NCBI RefSeq assembly: GCF_004010195.1
Contig: NC_057720.1
Coordinates: 27,166,212-27,230,211 of the forward strand
Direction of reading: 5' to 3'
From: Chiloscyllium plagiosum
Lineage: Eukaryota
Length of the DNA: 64,000 bases
Shown: one piece after another, positions 13,520-25,312 of the stretch
How the letters are laid out: the number at the start of each line of letters is the position of its first letter
How positions within the stretch are numbered: position 1 is the stretch's first letter
Notes under the pieces: generated by a model
What the model saw: only the letters and a program-made list of their open reading frames with translations
Told to the model about the DNA's origin: nothing
Databases searched by the model: none
Program-made: the position numbers and the translations under genes

Positions 13520-13930
13520 ACACTACATTGGACAGACAAGCAGAAAACTAGCCACCAGGATACACAAACACCAACTAGCCACCAAAAGACATGACCCACT
13601 ATCACAAGTATCCTTACGTACAGCCCATTTTGACTGAGACAATATACCTATCCTCGGACAGGCTAAGCAAAGACACACATGGGAATTCCTAGACGCCTGA
13701 CATTCAAACTGGAACTTCATCAATAAATGCATCGATTTGGACCCCATTTACCAACCTCTGAGAAAAAGAACCGGAAATAATATTATCTAGCCTAAGAAAC
13801 CAAGACACATAAATAGAAAGTGGGACATAACACCAGCGCTTCACCAGAGGCTCACTGATGGTGTTACCTAGCATGGTGACAAAATATCTGAAAACAAATC
13901 TTCCAGCTCAGCGAGCAAACTTACAACCTA
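13520..13930 (+). mobile_element. PLE (family 3) GIY-YIG C-terminus plus pLTR
   Basis: Translates as YIGQTSRKLATRIHKHQLATKRHDPLS...INKCIDLDPIYQPL; the downstream 'cactgatggtgttacctagcatggtgacaaaatatc' is a decayed hammerhead core. Confidence 0.85.
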
Positions 13931-14439
13931 ATGTGTCAACACAGAGATGACCCCACCTCCATCCTGCTCTGGTGCAGATCATTGCCTTATGAGACAGAAG
14001 GCTAACAATACAAGGAGCTCTCAGGCCAACTCAGTTTTGTTGAAAGATCAGAAAGTCTATAGACATTTGGTTTTAAAGTGGGTGCTACAATTACAGATTC
14101 AAACCTGATCCAGTTCAATTCCACTTGGTACCATTGGTTAACATTAGACTGTAAAATTTAAACAAATATGACTTAAGGAAGTGATAACTTTTTAAAAATG
14201 ATATGTTGCTGAGATTTTGCTTTTTGATTCAGATGAGAGGGTGACGTATCAGTGTTCTCTTCCTTGATGTTTTATTTGTTGCTACGTATTTTCCTAAGAT
14301 GATTGAAATGGTTGATCAGAAAGTCATAATGTTAAGGATCAGCTGAATTGAAATTGTTGAGTTCCATCATGTCTGCCATATAATTACCATAATAATTGTT
14401 TTCTTTGGGGAGGAGAGATGGCAATGAGAATACCCAGCT

Positions 14440-16060
14440 GGTGCCAGTACATTTGCGTATATTATATTCCTTCTGCCAAACTTTTGCCTACTAACTTAAT
14501 CTGTCCATATCCTTCTGCAGACTGTTTATCAACCTCGCACCTAATTTTGTGTTACCCGTTAACAGGTAATATTACATTTGATTTCCTCATCCAAGCCACT
14601 TGCATATATTGTAAATAGTTATGGCCCCAATACAGAGCCCTGTGGCTCACCATTAGTTATAGGTTGTAAGCCTGTAAATGCTCTCCTTATCTCAACTTTC
14701 TGTCATCTATTATTTAGAAAATACTCTGTCCACACAATATACTATCTCCAACAGCATGGGCTCTTATCTTATAAAGTAACCTCAAATGTGGCACCTTATC
14801 AAATGCCTTCTGAAAATACAAATATATTATGTCCACTGCTTCCTCTTTTTCTATACTGCTTGTTACCTCAATGATTTCTCATAAATTTATCAGGGAAAAT
14901 TTCCCCTTCATGAACCATGCTAATTCTGCTTGATCATATTATGTATATCTCAATGCTCTGCTATCACCTTTGTTATAATAGACTCTAATGTTTTCCCAGG
15001 AATAGATTAGATTAGATTACTTACAGTGTGGAAACAGGCCCTTCAGCCCAACAAGTCCACACCCATCCGTCGAAGCACAACCCACCCAGACCCATTCCCC
15101 TACATTTACCCCTTCACCTAACACTACAGGCAATTTAGCATGACCAATTCACCTAATCTGCACATTTTTGGATTGTGGGAGGAAACCAGAGCACCCAGAG
15201 GAAACCCATGCAGACACTGGGAGAATGTGCAAACTCCACACAGAGAGTTGCCTGAGGCGGGAATTGAACCCAGGTCTCTGGCGCTGTGAGACAGCAGTGC
15301 TAACCACTGTGCCACCGTGTCGCCCACTATGCCACCGTGTCGTCCACGAATGTTAAGCAATTGGTCGACAGCTACCTTTTTTTAATCTCCTTTCTTCCCT
15401 TTTCAGATAAAGATATTACACTGGCCGTTTTCCAGTCCTCTGGGACTTTTCCAGAACCTAAAGTCTCCTGGATTATTATTACCAGTTCATCCACTAACCT
15501 TGTAGCTACTTCCTTTAATGTCCCAGGATGCATTCCATCAGGTCCATACAGTCATAGAGTCATAGAGATGTACAGCATGGAAACAGATCCTTCAGTCCAA
15601 CTCATCCATGCCGACTAGATATCCCATCCTAATCTACTCCCACCTGCCAGCACCCAGCCCATATCCCTCTAAACCTTTCCTATTCATATATCTAAATGTT
15701 GCAATTGTGCTCACCTCCACCACTTTCTCTGGTAGCCCATTCATCACACGCACTTCCTTCGTGTGAAAAAGCTGTCCCTTAGGTCTCTTTTATAATTTTC
15801 CCCTCTCATCTTAAACCTATGCTGTCTGGTTCAGGGACTTATTGGTCTTCAACCCCATTAGATTCCTTTGCACTTTTTCCTCCAGTGTTGGTCATTGTAT
15901 TTATTTCCTATCCTTTTGCCCCTTGTATATTTAATAATTTTGGAATGCTGTTAGTGTCTTCTATTGGGAAGACTGATGTTAAGTATTTATGCAACTCCTC
16001 TGCCATTTCCTGGTTCCCCATTATTATCTCCCCAACCTCATTCTCTAAGGGGCTTGATGT
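14440..16060 (-). mobile_element. Old CR1 LINE body interrupted by a SINE (15003-15345) and a younger CR1 3' end (about 15550-15830)
   Basis: Reverse-strand CR1 RT/tether similarity (ORF 15908-16099 GEIIMGNQEMAEELHKYL); 'gtcatagagtcatagag' tail at 15551. Confidence 0.8.
15003..15345 (-). mobile_element. HE1-type V-SINE with tandemly duplicated 5' end
   Basis: Reverse complement of 7562-7875; (AGATT)n tail; about 20 nt of the head repeated at 15305-15345. Confidence 0.92.
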
Positions 16061-16129
16061 TGCTTGCATGTTTACCCTTCCTATGCCATCCTTTGCCACA
16101 GAACGGAATAGTTCTAACGAAGAATCATA

Positions 16130-16843
16130 CAGCCACTCTTCTGTAATGCGATCGTTGCGTTCTTATGCAACCCCGCGTTATAGAAAAATTGCATTTAGAA
16201 ACAGCATTGAAAGTATTGGTTCTGTAATCGTGTTAAAAGTTCATGCTTTAGAAACAACATCCCCAATTTGTCAATCGTGTTACAGTGAATTTGGTTGACG
16301 AAATGCAAGTTATAACAGAATGAAGATCTTGTGAAACTTGAAAGGGTTCAGAAAAGATTTACAAGGATGTTGCCAGGGTTGGAGGATTTGAGCGATAGGG
16401 ACAGGCTGAACAGGCTGGGGCTGTTTTCCCTGGAGCGTCGGTGGATGAGAGGTGACCTTATAAAGGTTTATAAAATCATGAGGGGCATGGATAAGATAAA
16501 TAGACAAAGTATTTTCCCTGGGGTCAGGGAGTCTAGAACTAGAGGGCATAGGTTAAGGGTGAGAGGAGAAAGATATAAAAGAGACCTAAGGGGTAACTTT
16601 TCACACAAAGGGTGGTACATGTATGGAATGAGCTGCCAGAGGAAGTGGTGGAGGTCGGTACAATTGCAACATTTAAGAGATATTTGGATGGGTATATGAA
16701 TAGGAAGGATTTGGAGGGATATGGGCTGGGTGCTGGCAGGTGGGACTAGATTGGGTTGGGATATTTGGTCGGCATGGACAGGTTGGACCGAAGGGTCTGT
16801 TTCCATGCTGTACATCTATATGACTCTATGGCTCTATGACCTG
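16130..16843. mobile_element. Probable Tc1/mariner-pogo (Tigger-like) MITE, split by a CR1 insertion near its right end
   Basis: TA|CAG...CTG|TA ends; imperfect terminal inverted repeats (cagccactcttctgtaa versus ttataacagaatga+cctg); internal 'cgcgttatag/cgtgtta' subrepeats. Confidence 0.5.
16325..16840 (+). mobile_element. CR1 LINE 3' end
   Basis: ORF 16331-16699 (KLERVQKRFTRMLPGL); (ctctatga)n tail; same family as 35390-37345. Confidence 0.92.
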
Positions 16844-16976
16844 TAATATACTTGAAGTGTTGGTAATACTGCTGTCTTGTAGTCCATGAGCTTAGTGTCA
16901 GGAATGCTCCTTGTCAGGTATGCAGTCCAAGTGTTCTACCGATTTCAAACCTTTAGTATACTATTGCTGAAGGTCT

Positions 16977-17108
16977 AGGAGAAAGTGAGGACTGCAGACG
17001 CTGGCAATCAGAGTCAAATAGTGTGGTATTGGAAATGTACAGTTAGTCAGGCAGCATCCGAGAAGCAGGAGAGTCGATGTTTCGAACTTAAGCTCTTCAT
17101 CAGAAATG
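16977..17108 (-). mobile_element. Solo PLE pLTR with hammerhead-like core
   Basis: Reverse complement reads ttCTGATGAagagcttaagttcGAAAcatcgac, then family-1 pLTR. Confidence 0.82.
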
Positions 17109-19497
17109 AAGGTTCTTAGGTTGGAAGTTAGGAGCCCAATGGAAAATTCCAACCTACCTGACTGAATGCAGCTCCAACAACACGCAGGAAGCTTGACAAC
17201 ATCCAGATAAAGAAATCCACTTGATTAGCACCACATTCAGTCCATTAACTATACACTCCTTCACATGCCTTTGACTTCTATTGTGTAGAAAGGTTGGGGC
17301 AGCAGGTATATTGGAACATCATCATGTGTAAGATCAGTAAGCTTTCCCCATTGTACCTTAATTCAGCAGGATACCACAACCTTCTAATTCAGAGGCAGAA
17401 AGCCACCAATTGAACAGTTGAGACAAGTTGATATTGTATAGAAAATATACTTTTAATAAGAATATTTGTCTTTGAGGAATGTTACAAGCAATAACTTAAT
17501 ATTATAATGTTGCACCTTCTGCGGCAGTCTATTCACATTTTTTCTTTATAGCGCTGAGCATATCTAGACATTTAACAGGCATCTTGATAGATTTATGAAT
17601 ATGATGGATTTACAGAAATATGCTGGCAAATGGGACTAGATTTATTTGGGTTGTCTGGTCGGCATGGACGAATTGAACCGAAGGGTCTGTTCCTGTGCTC
17701 TATCTAGAGGATTCTATGGCTTTATCTTCAACATTCAGGATTCACGACAAGGATTTTTTTTCCGATATTTGAACATAATACACGTTGCAATAATGGAAAT
17801 TAAAAGTTTAACATGGTCTACCTAGAAATAATATATTCTTTCATGTGGTATGATTTATGTTTGAACTTATACTGATAAATAAATAAATTCTCACTACTGA
17901 GTCTTACTTTATTCTGTTAAATCCACAAATAGCCAGTGGAGAGACAACAGGCACAGACAGAATTGAGAGAGATGAAAACTAAATGAAATATTTCCTTTTC
18001 AACAGTAACTTCCTGTCACAGAGACCATACAGCATTAGCTTCTGCAAATTACATTTCATTAGAGCAATGTGACCTCACCCATGGTTGTCACTGCAAAAGC
18101 CATCAATTTCTGAGTGTTTGGCTCCCATAGCAGCAATCTCCCTAACCATGCATGACAACAGTTATGCATGACAACAGTTGACCTGGCTCCCCAGGACAAT
18201 GGAAGATGGTATAGATTTCCTACCACCCAGCAAGTAAAAAACCTCTTGCAATCTGCATACCAATTGCATCATTCATGAAACAATTGTAATTCATCTGGAC
18301 ACAACAATGAGGTTAATTGTATATTCAAGTATTCTGTTACAGGTTAACATTCCTAACTAGTAAAATTGTATGGCTCATTCTCAGTGCTATTTTGTTCTGT
18401 TGGTAATTGGTAATAGCTTGTTGGTATGTGCAAGGAATAATTGGACTATCATTGCATGCAATCCAGCTGATATGGAGCAAACCCTAATTCCCTCTTCATA
18501 CCAAATTCAGTTATAGACCATGCACAGTTTGGATAAATTTAAGTGTGATTTTACATTGCAAGTTTGATATCAGCACAAAATAAATTCAGTTTCATCCTAT
18601 TATTTGTTTGCATTCTAAATCTACAGTCAAGTTTGACAACTTCGTTTTTCCAATTTAACATCAGCACAAAATGAGCTCATTGACTACATTATCTGGTTTT
18701 TTTATCATACAGTGCAAGGTTTATACAATTTTGCAACATTTATTAGGAAAAGCACATTGCCTCTTTTTTTTAATAGGACTAATCATGTGACTTAACTGTT
18801 GGGTCAGAAGGCAGTGCTTTGATAGTCCAAAGGAGACTGGGTTGTGGGAATTGTAATTCCTTAACAAGATGAGTTCTGGTGCCCTGACTGGAGAGACAAA
18901 GTCAGCGCGAAGAGATAAGAATTTCCTTGTTCTATGCCAAACTGTAGCAAATATAGATATGTAGAAACATACAGTGGTAAGGAAATAAGTCTAATTTTCT
19001 CTTCCTTTCAGCTTCATGGACATAAATTGGACTGGTCCTATTACAGGTGCACATCTTCTTCAGCTGAATTTTAAACTGTTTTTTCTGGTAATATCGGCAT
19101 TGATAATGAAACCAGAATTTAATGCCAATCCCATGTTGCCTTTCAGTAGCTAATGTTCAACTTTTTTCTTAAAATGTTGCATTTTGTGTCATAAAGGTAT
19201 TTCCCCCAATTCTGCTAAGCATAGAGTAATAGAAATTTACCCAGTAATCATGAAGGAACAGTGATATACACCCAAGTCAGGATTGTGTGGCTTGAATGTC
19301 ATAGTGTACCTGAAATAACTTCATCGGGGCTGGTCACCCTTTACTCACATGTGGAGAATCCTTGACATTGCCCCAGCTTCTTCAGAGCCAACTCTCAGAG
19401 TGAACAGAATCTCTGTCACTCTGATTTTTTTTCTTTTTCTTCTTTTTTTTCTCCTTTTATTCTCAGGATGAACAGAATGGCTGACACTGCTGTTTAT

Positions 19498-19957
19498 CTC
19501 TTTTTTTAACCTCCACACTACCGCCAAACTGCGGTAGTGCTTATTTTTCCACAGCACCCATGTATGTGTGTGCAGGTGTGAGACACAGTGAGAGACACAA
19601 GGTGCACGAATCTTTATTCAGTTTCCGCCATCAGTAAGAAAGGAAAACCCAAGTGGCCAGTGACAAGCAGTGCCCTTCATATCAAAGGACAATGCTGCGT
19701 GATCAAATAGTGAAGAGGAAGGCAGGGATTAAATCAAAATAGAATTGGACAGGGAAATAATGCACTCCACTCCCTGTGGCACCCACATCTCCTTGAATAG
19801 CTAGTTAGTGGGCACCGCGTGCTCCTTCTCCAGAGACACCCGGGCTCTAACGTAACCGCGGAAGAGGGGCAGGCAATTGGCCTTAATGACCCCCTCCAAA
19901 GCCCGCTGCCTAGACCTGTTTATGGCCAATCTGGCTAGGCCCAGGAGCAGCCCCACA
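19498..19957 (-). mobile_element. Tx1-clade (L1-group) LINE 3' end, copy 1
   Basis: Translates VGLLLGLARLAINRSRQRALEGVIKANCLPLFRGYVRARVSLEKEHA...EMWVPQGVEC, resembling the Tx1 ORF2 C-terminus; 3'UTR with AATAAA and a terminal hairpin. Confidence 0.75.
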
Positions 19958-20093
19958 ACACTTTTATTTTTCTCTTTTTTGGTATCCCATCACCCAGTCA
20001 CTCTTTATTTATGTATGCATAGTACTTGACATTGGTCAGGCTCCCTCAGAGCCAGCTCTCAGAGCGAACAGAACCTCTAACACTCCTGTTTAT

Positions 20094-20349
20094 TTTTCTT
20101 TTGCTTATTTTTTTCCCCAGCACCCATGTTGTGTGTGCAGGTGTGAGACACAGTGAGAGACACAAAATGCACGAATCTTTATTCAATTTCCACCACCAGG
20201 AAGAAAGGAAAATACCCGAATGGCCAGTGACAAGCAGTGCCCTTCACAAAAGGCAATGCTGTGTGATCAAACAGGGATTAAATCAAAATAGAGTTGGCCG
20301 GGGAAATAATGCACTCCACTCCCTGCGGTGCCCACCTCTCCCTGAACAA
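20094..20349 (-). mobile_element. Tx1-clade LINE 3' end, copy 2
   Basis: Aligns by eye to 19539-19797, with an internal deletion. Confidence 0.75.
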
Positions 20350-20812
20350 GCACTCTGGTTTATATCTGTTAGCCAGGACTCCCTGTTTGGACCAGATTAA
20401 CAACCCCAATCAAAGAACTCATATTCTATGAGGTCCACCTGGCTGACCCCATTATAATCACTACATCCTACCTCTCTGAACCCAAAGACATAAGCCAGTT
20501 TTTTTAGATTATTCTTTATTTTTACAGCTCCTCTGGGGCATTTAGCACTGGGTCAGGTTCCTTCAACTCTGCCTCTGATACGGGCGGCACAGTAGCTCAC
20601 CTCTTGTGACCAGAGTGTCTTAGAAGAAATTCATTCAGGCAACAAAGGCGTCGAGATGATGACATCTGCCATGCCCATCTCAGTTTCTGCAGTATCTTCC
20701 AATGTTTGATGGAGAGTGAAACCCATGGCATCTGGAACAGTCAGAAAGGCAGTCAAAGAGCTGAGCTCATTTTGCTCCTGGACCATTTGTGGGTTTGCAG
20801 CTTTTATATGGG

Positions 20813-21020
20813 GAGAAAGTGAGGACTGCAGATGCTGGAGATCAGAGCTGAAAATGTGTTGCTGGAAAAGCGCAGCAGGTCAGGCAGCATCCAAGGAACA
20901 AGAGAATCGACGTTTCGGGCATAAGCCCTTCTTCAGGAAGGCTTATGCCCGAAACGTCGATTCTCCTGTTCCTTGGATGCTGCCTGACCTGTTGCGCTTT
21001 TCCAGCAACACATTTTCAGC
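20813..21020. mobile_element. PLE pLTR fold-back insertion with 15-bp TSD
   Basis: Arms 20847-20927 and 20940-21020 are near-perfect reverse complements; CAGCTTTTATATGGG at 20798-20812 and 21017-21031. Confidence 0.92.
20907..20938 (-). ncRNA. Minimal type I hammerhead ribozyme motif, core intact
   Basis: Reverse complement uucCUGAAGA-a-GGGC uuau GCCC-GAAACGUC-ga: CUGANGA and GAAA core, 4-bp helix II, palindromic ACGU helix III, GUC cleavage triplet. Confidence 0.8.
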
Positions 21021-23109
21021 TTTTATATGGGTCAATGTGCTTGTTCAGGACTGTTGCACCTACCTGAATTTTAATCATCAGTGGTTCAAACCTCGCATTG
21101 ACAATGCCTCTTACCCATGCAGTGCCATTCCCTTGGTTTCTACACTAAACCTTATCCACTGAAGTAGACTGTCTCCAGCATTGGAGTTCGTGATGCAGTT
21201 TCATCCACCTATCCCCCCCAAGGTCCAGGAAGATCAGATTTAACCTGATGGTAGCCTTCTCCCTATTAGCAACTCTGTAGTTGTGTGAGGGGGTGGCCCT
21301 ATAATCAAACAGTAAGCCAGACAGTTTGGTATCTAATGAAGCTGTAGACTGTTTCTTAAAGCCTGTCTTTAAACCTGTGGACTGCTCTTTCTGCCAGACC
21401 ATTTGATGGTATGGAGTTTTCCTGATATGTCAAATTCCATTCAATTTTAGGAAATATTCAAATTTCCTGCTGATAAGCAATGACTGATAACTGTGACCAA
21501 CACTTCCAAGAGTCTGTATTGCAAAAGATGCACACAGTTTTTCTATTGTTAGCCCCGTGTTTGACAAATGAACCCTATGCATATCCAGCCATTTTGAGTG
21601 GGTGTTAAAAATGACTAAGAACATTGAGCTCATGAAGTGACCTGCACAGAGTTCAGGGTTTGCCCAGCCATTCCCACATATGTGGGGGAGCTGCTGGCAG
21701 TAAATTTTATTTTTATTGGCACTCTGGACACTGCCCCACCAACGCGCTATGTCTGCATGCAGTCCTGACTACAAGACATAACTTCTTAGCAACATCTTTA
21801 TTTTGGGAACCCGTGGAAGACCCTGGTGGAGTTCAGCCAGTATCAGGTAGTAACCTTTGCTCAGGACAATTGCTCTTGTTCACCAAAATAATATGCCGTC
21901 CACCACTGTGATCTGGTCTCTCCAGCTCCAAAAATGTTTTAGTTCAGATTATGATGGCCCTTTGGTTTCCCGCATCAGCACCAGCTGTTTCAATTTTGCT
22001 AGTACCAGATCTTTCTGCTTTCAAAGTCTGATATCAGATATCTTAACCTAATTAGAAGTTCTGTTAAGGATTCCCCTGGTTCTCAAATTGCCAAATGAAA
22101 CCAATAGCATCTCCAAATTGGGGTTGTAATATTCCTTAACTAAATCTGTCAACCCTTGAAAGGTTTTAGTATCTCCTGCCTCAGGGAAAGATAGGTTCAT
22201 AATAGTTGAAAAAGCTGAGGGTCCACATGCTATCAGGAGAATTACTCGTTGCTTTTCATCTGCCCCAAATGTCATTTGTCCGGAAAAAAAATCTTTCCAC
22301 AAATTGGGCCCAGTTTTCAATGGTAGGATTGAGCAAGTCAAACTTCCCAAATAATGGCATGATGCCAGAAATGCTCACCCTAACTCAAAGACAACTGTCA
22401 CAATCGAATTTCTTGAGGGAGCATACTTTTCTGTCATTGCCACTGAAATAACTCCACAGAGGCAGGTATCCTGTCACCAAATTATCCTTTATTCACATGT
22501 TGAGAGTCCTTGACACTGATCCAGTGTCCTCAAAGCCAGCTCTCAGAGTGAACAGAACCTCTGACATTCCTGTTTATATCTGTCAGAGACGGCTCTCCAA
22601 TTGAACCAGATTGACATCCCTAATCAGGGAACTCATATTCTATGAGGTCAGCTAGGTGGACAATTACTACAGTACCCACTTTTAGAATTAGGCTTAAATT
22701 TGCCTCCACCTCCTTGAAGCAGAACCCTTTGCGAAAACCAAGTTAGGAAAGATAAAATGTTGCAGTTAATTGTTAATAGTGCAGCTTCAGACCAATAAAT
22801 GGACTCAGTCGATTTTAAGCTCCCACACACTTATTTTTGCCTGGCAGGGGGAATTTATCATTAAAATCAACCCTCTGTCCACACACAGAGCATGCTACAC
22901 TTCACAAAAATAAATTTGAACCTAAAAAAGAGTCAGGATTTAATTCAGCAAAATTAGAATTGATCTACAGAATGTTGTGTTAACAGAACCACAAAATCAG
23001 AGACTAATTATAACAGAAAAGGAAATCATTCAGACCATCATGTCTGTGACAGTTGGCCAAATGAGCAATGTACCTCATGCCATTCCTCATCTTAACTCCA
23101 AAACCCTAA

Positions 23110-23323
23110 ACCTGTCTCCGTGGGTTTCTTCTGGGAGCTCCGGTTTCCTCCGATAGTCCAAAGATGTGCAGGTCAGGTGAACTGGCCAAGCTAAATTGCC
23201 ATAGTGCTAGGTGCATTAGTCAGAGGGAAATGGGTCTGGGTGGGTTACTCTTCGGATGGTCAGTGTGGACTGGTTGGGCCGAAGAGCCTGTTTCCGCACT
23301 GTAGGGAATCTAATCTATCTAAT
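23110..23323 (+). mobile_element. 5'-truncated HE1-type SINE
   Basis: V-domain 3' half and (AATCT)n tail. Confidence 0.85.
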
Positions 23324-23509
23324 CATTCTTCCTTATCAAATAATGGTCCAATTCCCTCTTAAATGCCTCAATTGAATCTACTTGCACCACAATCCCAGAC
23401 AGCACATTCCAAATCTTACTATTTGCTGCATTGAAAAGTTACTCTTCATGATTCCGTTGCTTCTTTTGCTAATTACCTTAAATCTGTGCCCTCTCATTCT
23501 TGAAACTTC

Positions 23510-23960
23510 TACTCTGGTCTCCCTACTATAGGAAGGGTGTTGCAAAACTTGAAAGAGTTCAAAAAAGATTTACAAGGATGTTGCCAGGATTGGAGGGTTT
23601 GGGCCATCGGGAGAGGCTGAATAGGCTAAAATCATGAGGGGAATGGATTGGGTAAAATAGACAAGGTCTTTTCCCTGGAGAGGGGGAGTCCAAAACTAGA
23701 GGGCATAGGTTCAAGGTGAGAGGGGAAAGATTTAAAAGAGAAGGCAACCTTTTCAATCAAAGGGTAGTATGTGTATGGAATGAGCTGCCAGAGGAAGTGG
23801 CAGAGACTGGTAAAATTATGTTTAGGAACGGTTTAGAGGGATGTGGGCCAAGGGCTGGCAAATGGGACTAGATTAATTTAGGATATCAGGCCGGCATGGA
23901 CAAATTGGACTGAAGGGTCTGTTTCTGTGCTGTACACCTTTATGACTCTGTGACTCCATA
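23510..23960 (+). mobile_element. CR1 LINE 3' end with internal deletions, adjoining older minus-strand CR1 remnants
   Basis: Matches 16325-16840 by eye; 'tatgactctgtgactc' tail. Confidence 0.85.
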
Positions 23961-25023
23961 GAATAGCCTTTCCCTATTTACTCTGTCTGGACTCTATTAT
24001 CAAACATTTCTCAACTTCTTCAAAGAAAATAATTTCAATTTCTCTAATCTCTTTATGTTCTTAAAATTCCTCAACTAAATTTTTAATACTTCTTTATAAA
24101 ACAAATTATGGTTTGGCACAAAGACGATCTATATACTTCCACAGTTCATTAAAGTGATGATAACATTTGAAAAGTACTTTGAATGTTCTCAATAAACAGA
24201 TGTACCGGAATTCCACCTAAATTCCACAGAGGCTATGATTGATATTGCTGTTCAGAATACTTTTTGAGTTGCATTAGTTTGCATTTAATTTCTTAGTTGT
24301 AAAGTTAATAGTTATCCAATATCTACCTCACCTTGTTCTGTGCAATCAATTTCCATGTTATTTTACAGAAAATAGTTTATCTTCACCACCCAAAAGCATC
24401 ACAGTTTGCACTCAATTGTATTTTTGAAAGAAGAATGCAGTTCCTAAGAGGAAACTATTCAACAGCAATTTAGTTTCTATGGAAACAGCTCAAGTCAGTG
24501 GTATGGCAACTCCACAGGCCCAGAAAACGGATGACAATGTAAGTGTAAGTGAAGATTTGAATTCAAATGGATAGGTTTCATAATACATTTACAACTACAT
24601 TGAAAGCAATTCTGGAATGGTGAAAATAAATAAACTAAGTTGAGGGTTTACATTTACTGCTGCTAATATTGTGCTATAGATTTCACCTTTGCCTCAAACG
24701 AAGATTCCAAGTGTTTCATACTGTCTTTTCCATTTAAAAGCAACAAAACAATATATTTTTCAAGCACCTTTATTACAGTAAATAAAGTAAATGCACTTTA
24801 GAAAAGCATTTTTAAATAATATTTGACACTGTGCCAGATGAAGAGGGATTAAAACAGAAGTCCAAAAGCTTATTTTATAGGGGCAAGTTTTATGGAGCCT
24901 CAAAGGAAAGTTTTTTGGAGAAGAGGAATAGTTTAGGGAGAGAATTCTTAGGTTTAGGTCGAGGTAGCTGAAGGCACAGGTAACAATGATGAAACAATGA
25001 ATTTCAAGGTTGCATAATTAAGA

Positions 25024-25185
25024 TGTTTCAGGCAAAAGCTCTTCAGATGCTGGAGATTAGAGTCAAGATTAGAGTGGTACTGGAAAAGCACAGCAGGTCA
25101 GGCAGCATCCGCGGAGCAGGAAAATCGATGCTTCCGGTAGGGCTTGCCTGACCTGCTGTGCTTTTCCAGCACCACTCCAATCTTG
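25024..25185. mobile_element. PLE pLTR fold-back insertion with 14-bp TSD, inside an old L2-like fragment
   Basis: Inverted arms about 25064-25104 and 25145-25185; TTGCATAATTAAGA at 25010-25023 and 25183-25196. Confidence 0.85.
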
Positions 25186-25312
25186 CATAATTAAGAGACC
25201 AGAATTGGAGGAGTGCAGTGATTTCAGAGGGTTCTAAGGGCAGAGAAGGTTACGCGATATTTATTTTTGAAAACAGGAATTAAAACTTTAAATTGACACA
25301 CTTGATTTTCTA

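Larger units (their letters stand above)
19311..22671 (-). mobile_element. Gypsy-type LTR retrotransposon, internally deleted, with both LTRs and TSD
   Basis: TG...CA termini; GTACC at 19306-19310 and 22672-22676; 5' LTR 22444-22671; interrupted 3' LTR 19311-20465; PBS-like TGGCAATGACAG 22431-22442; polypurine tract 20466-20476; gag start MPLFGKFDLL...QRVILLIACGP; integrase remnants (MFLVIFNTHSKWLD...FLKLNGI, LFDYRATP); no RT seen. Confidence 0.9.
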
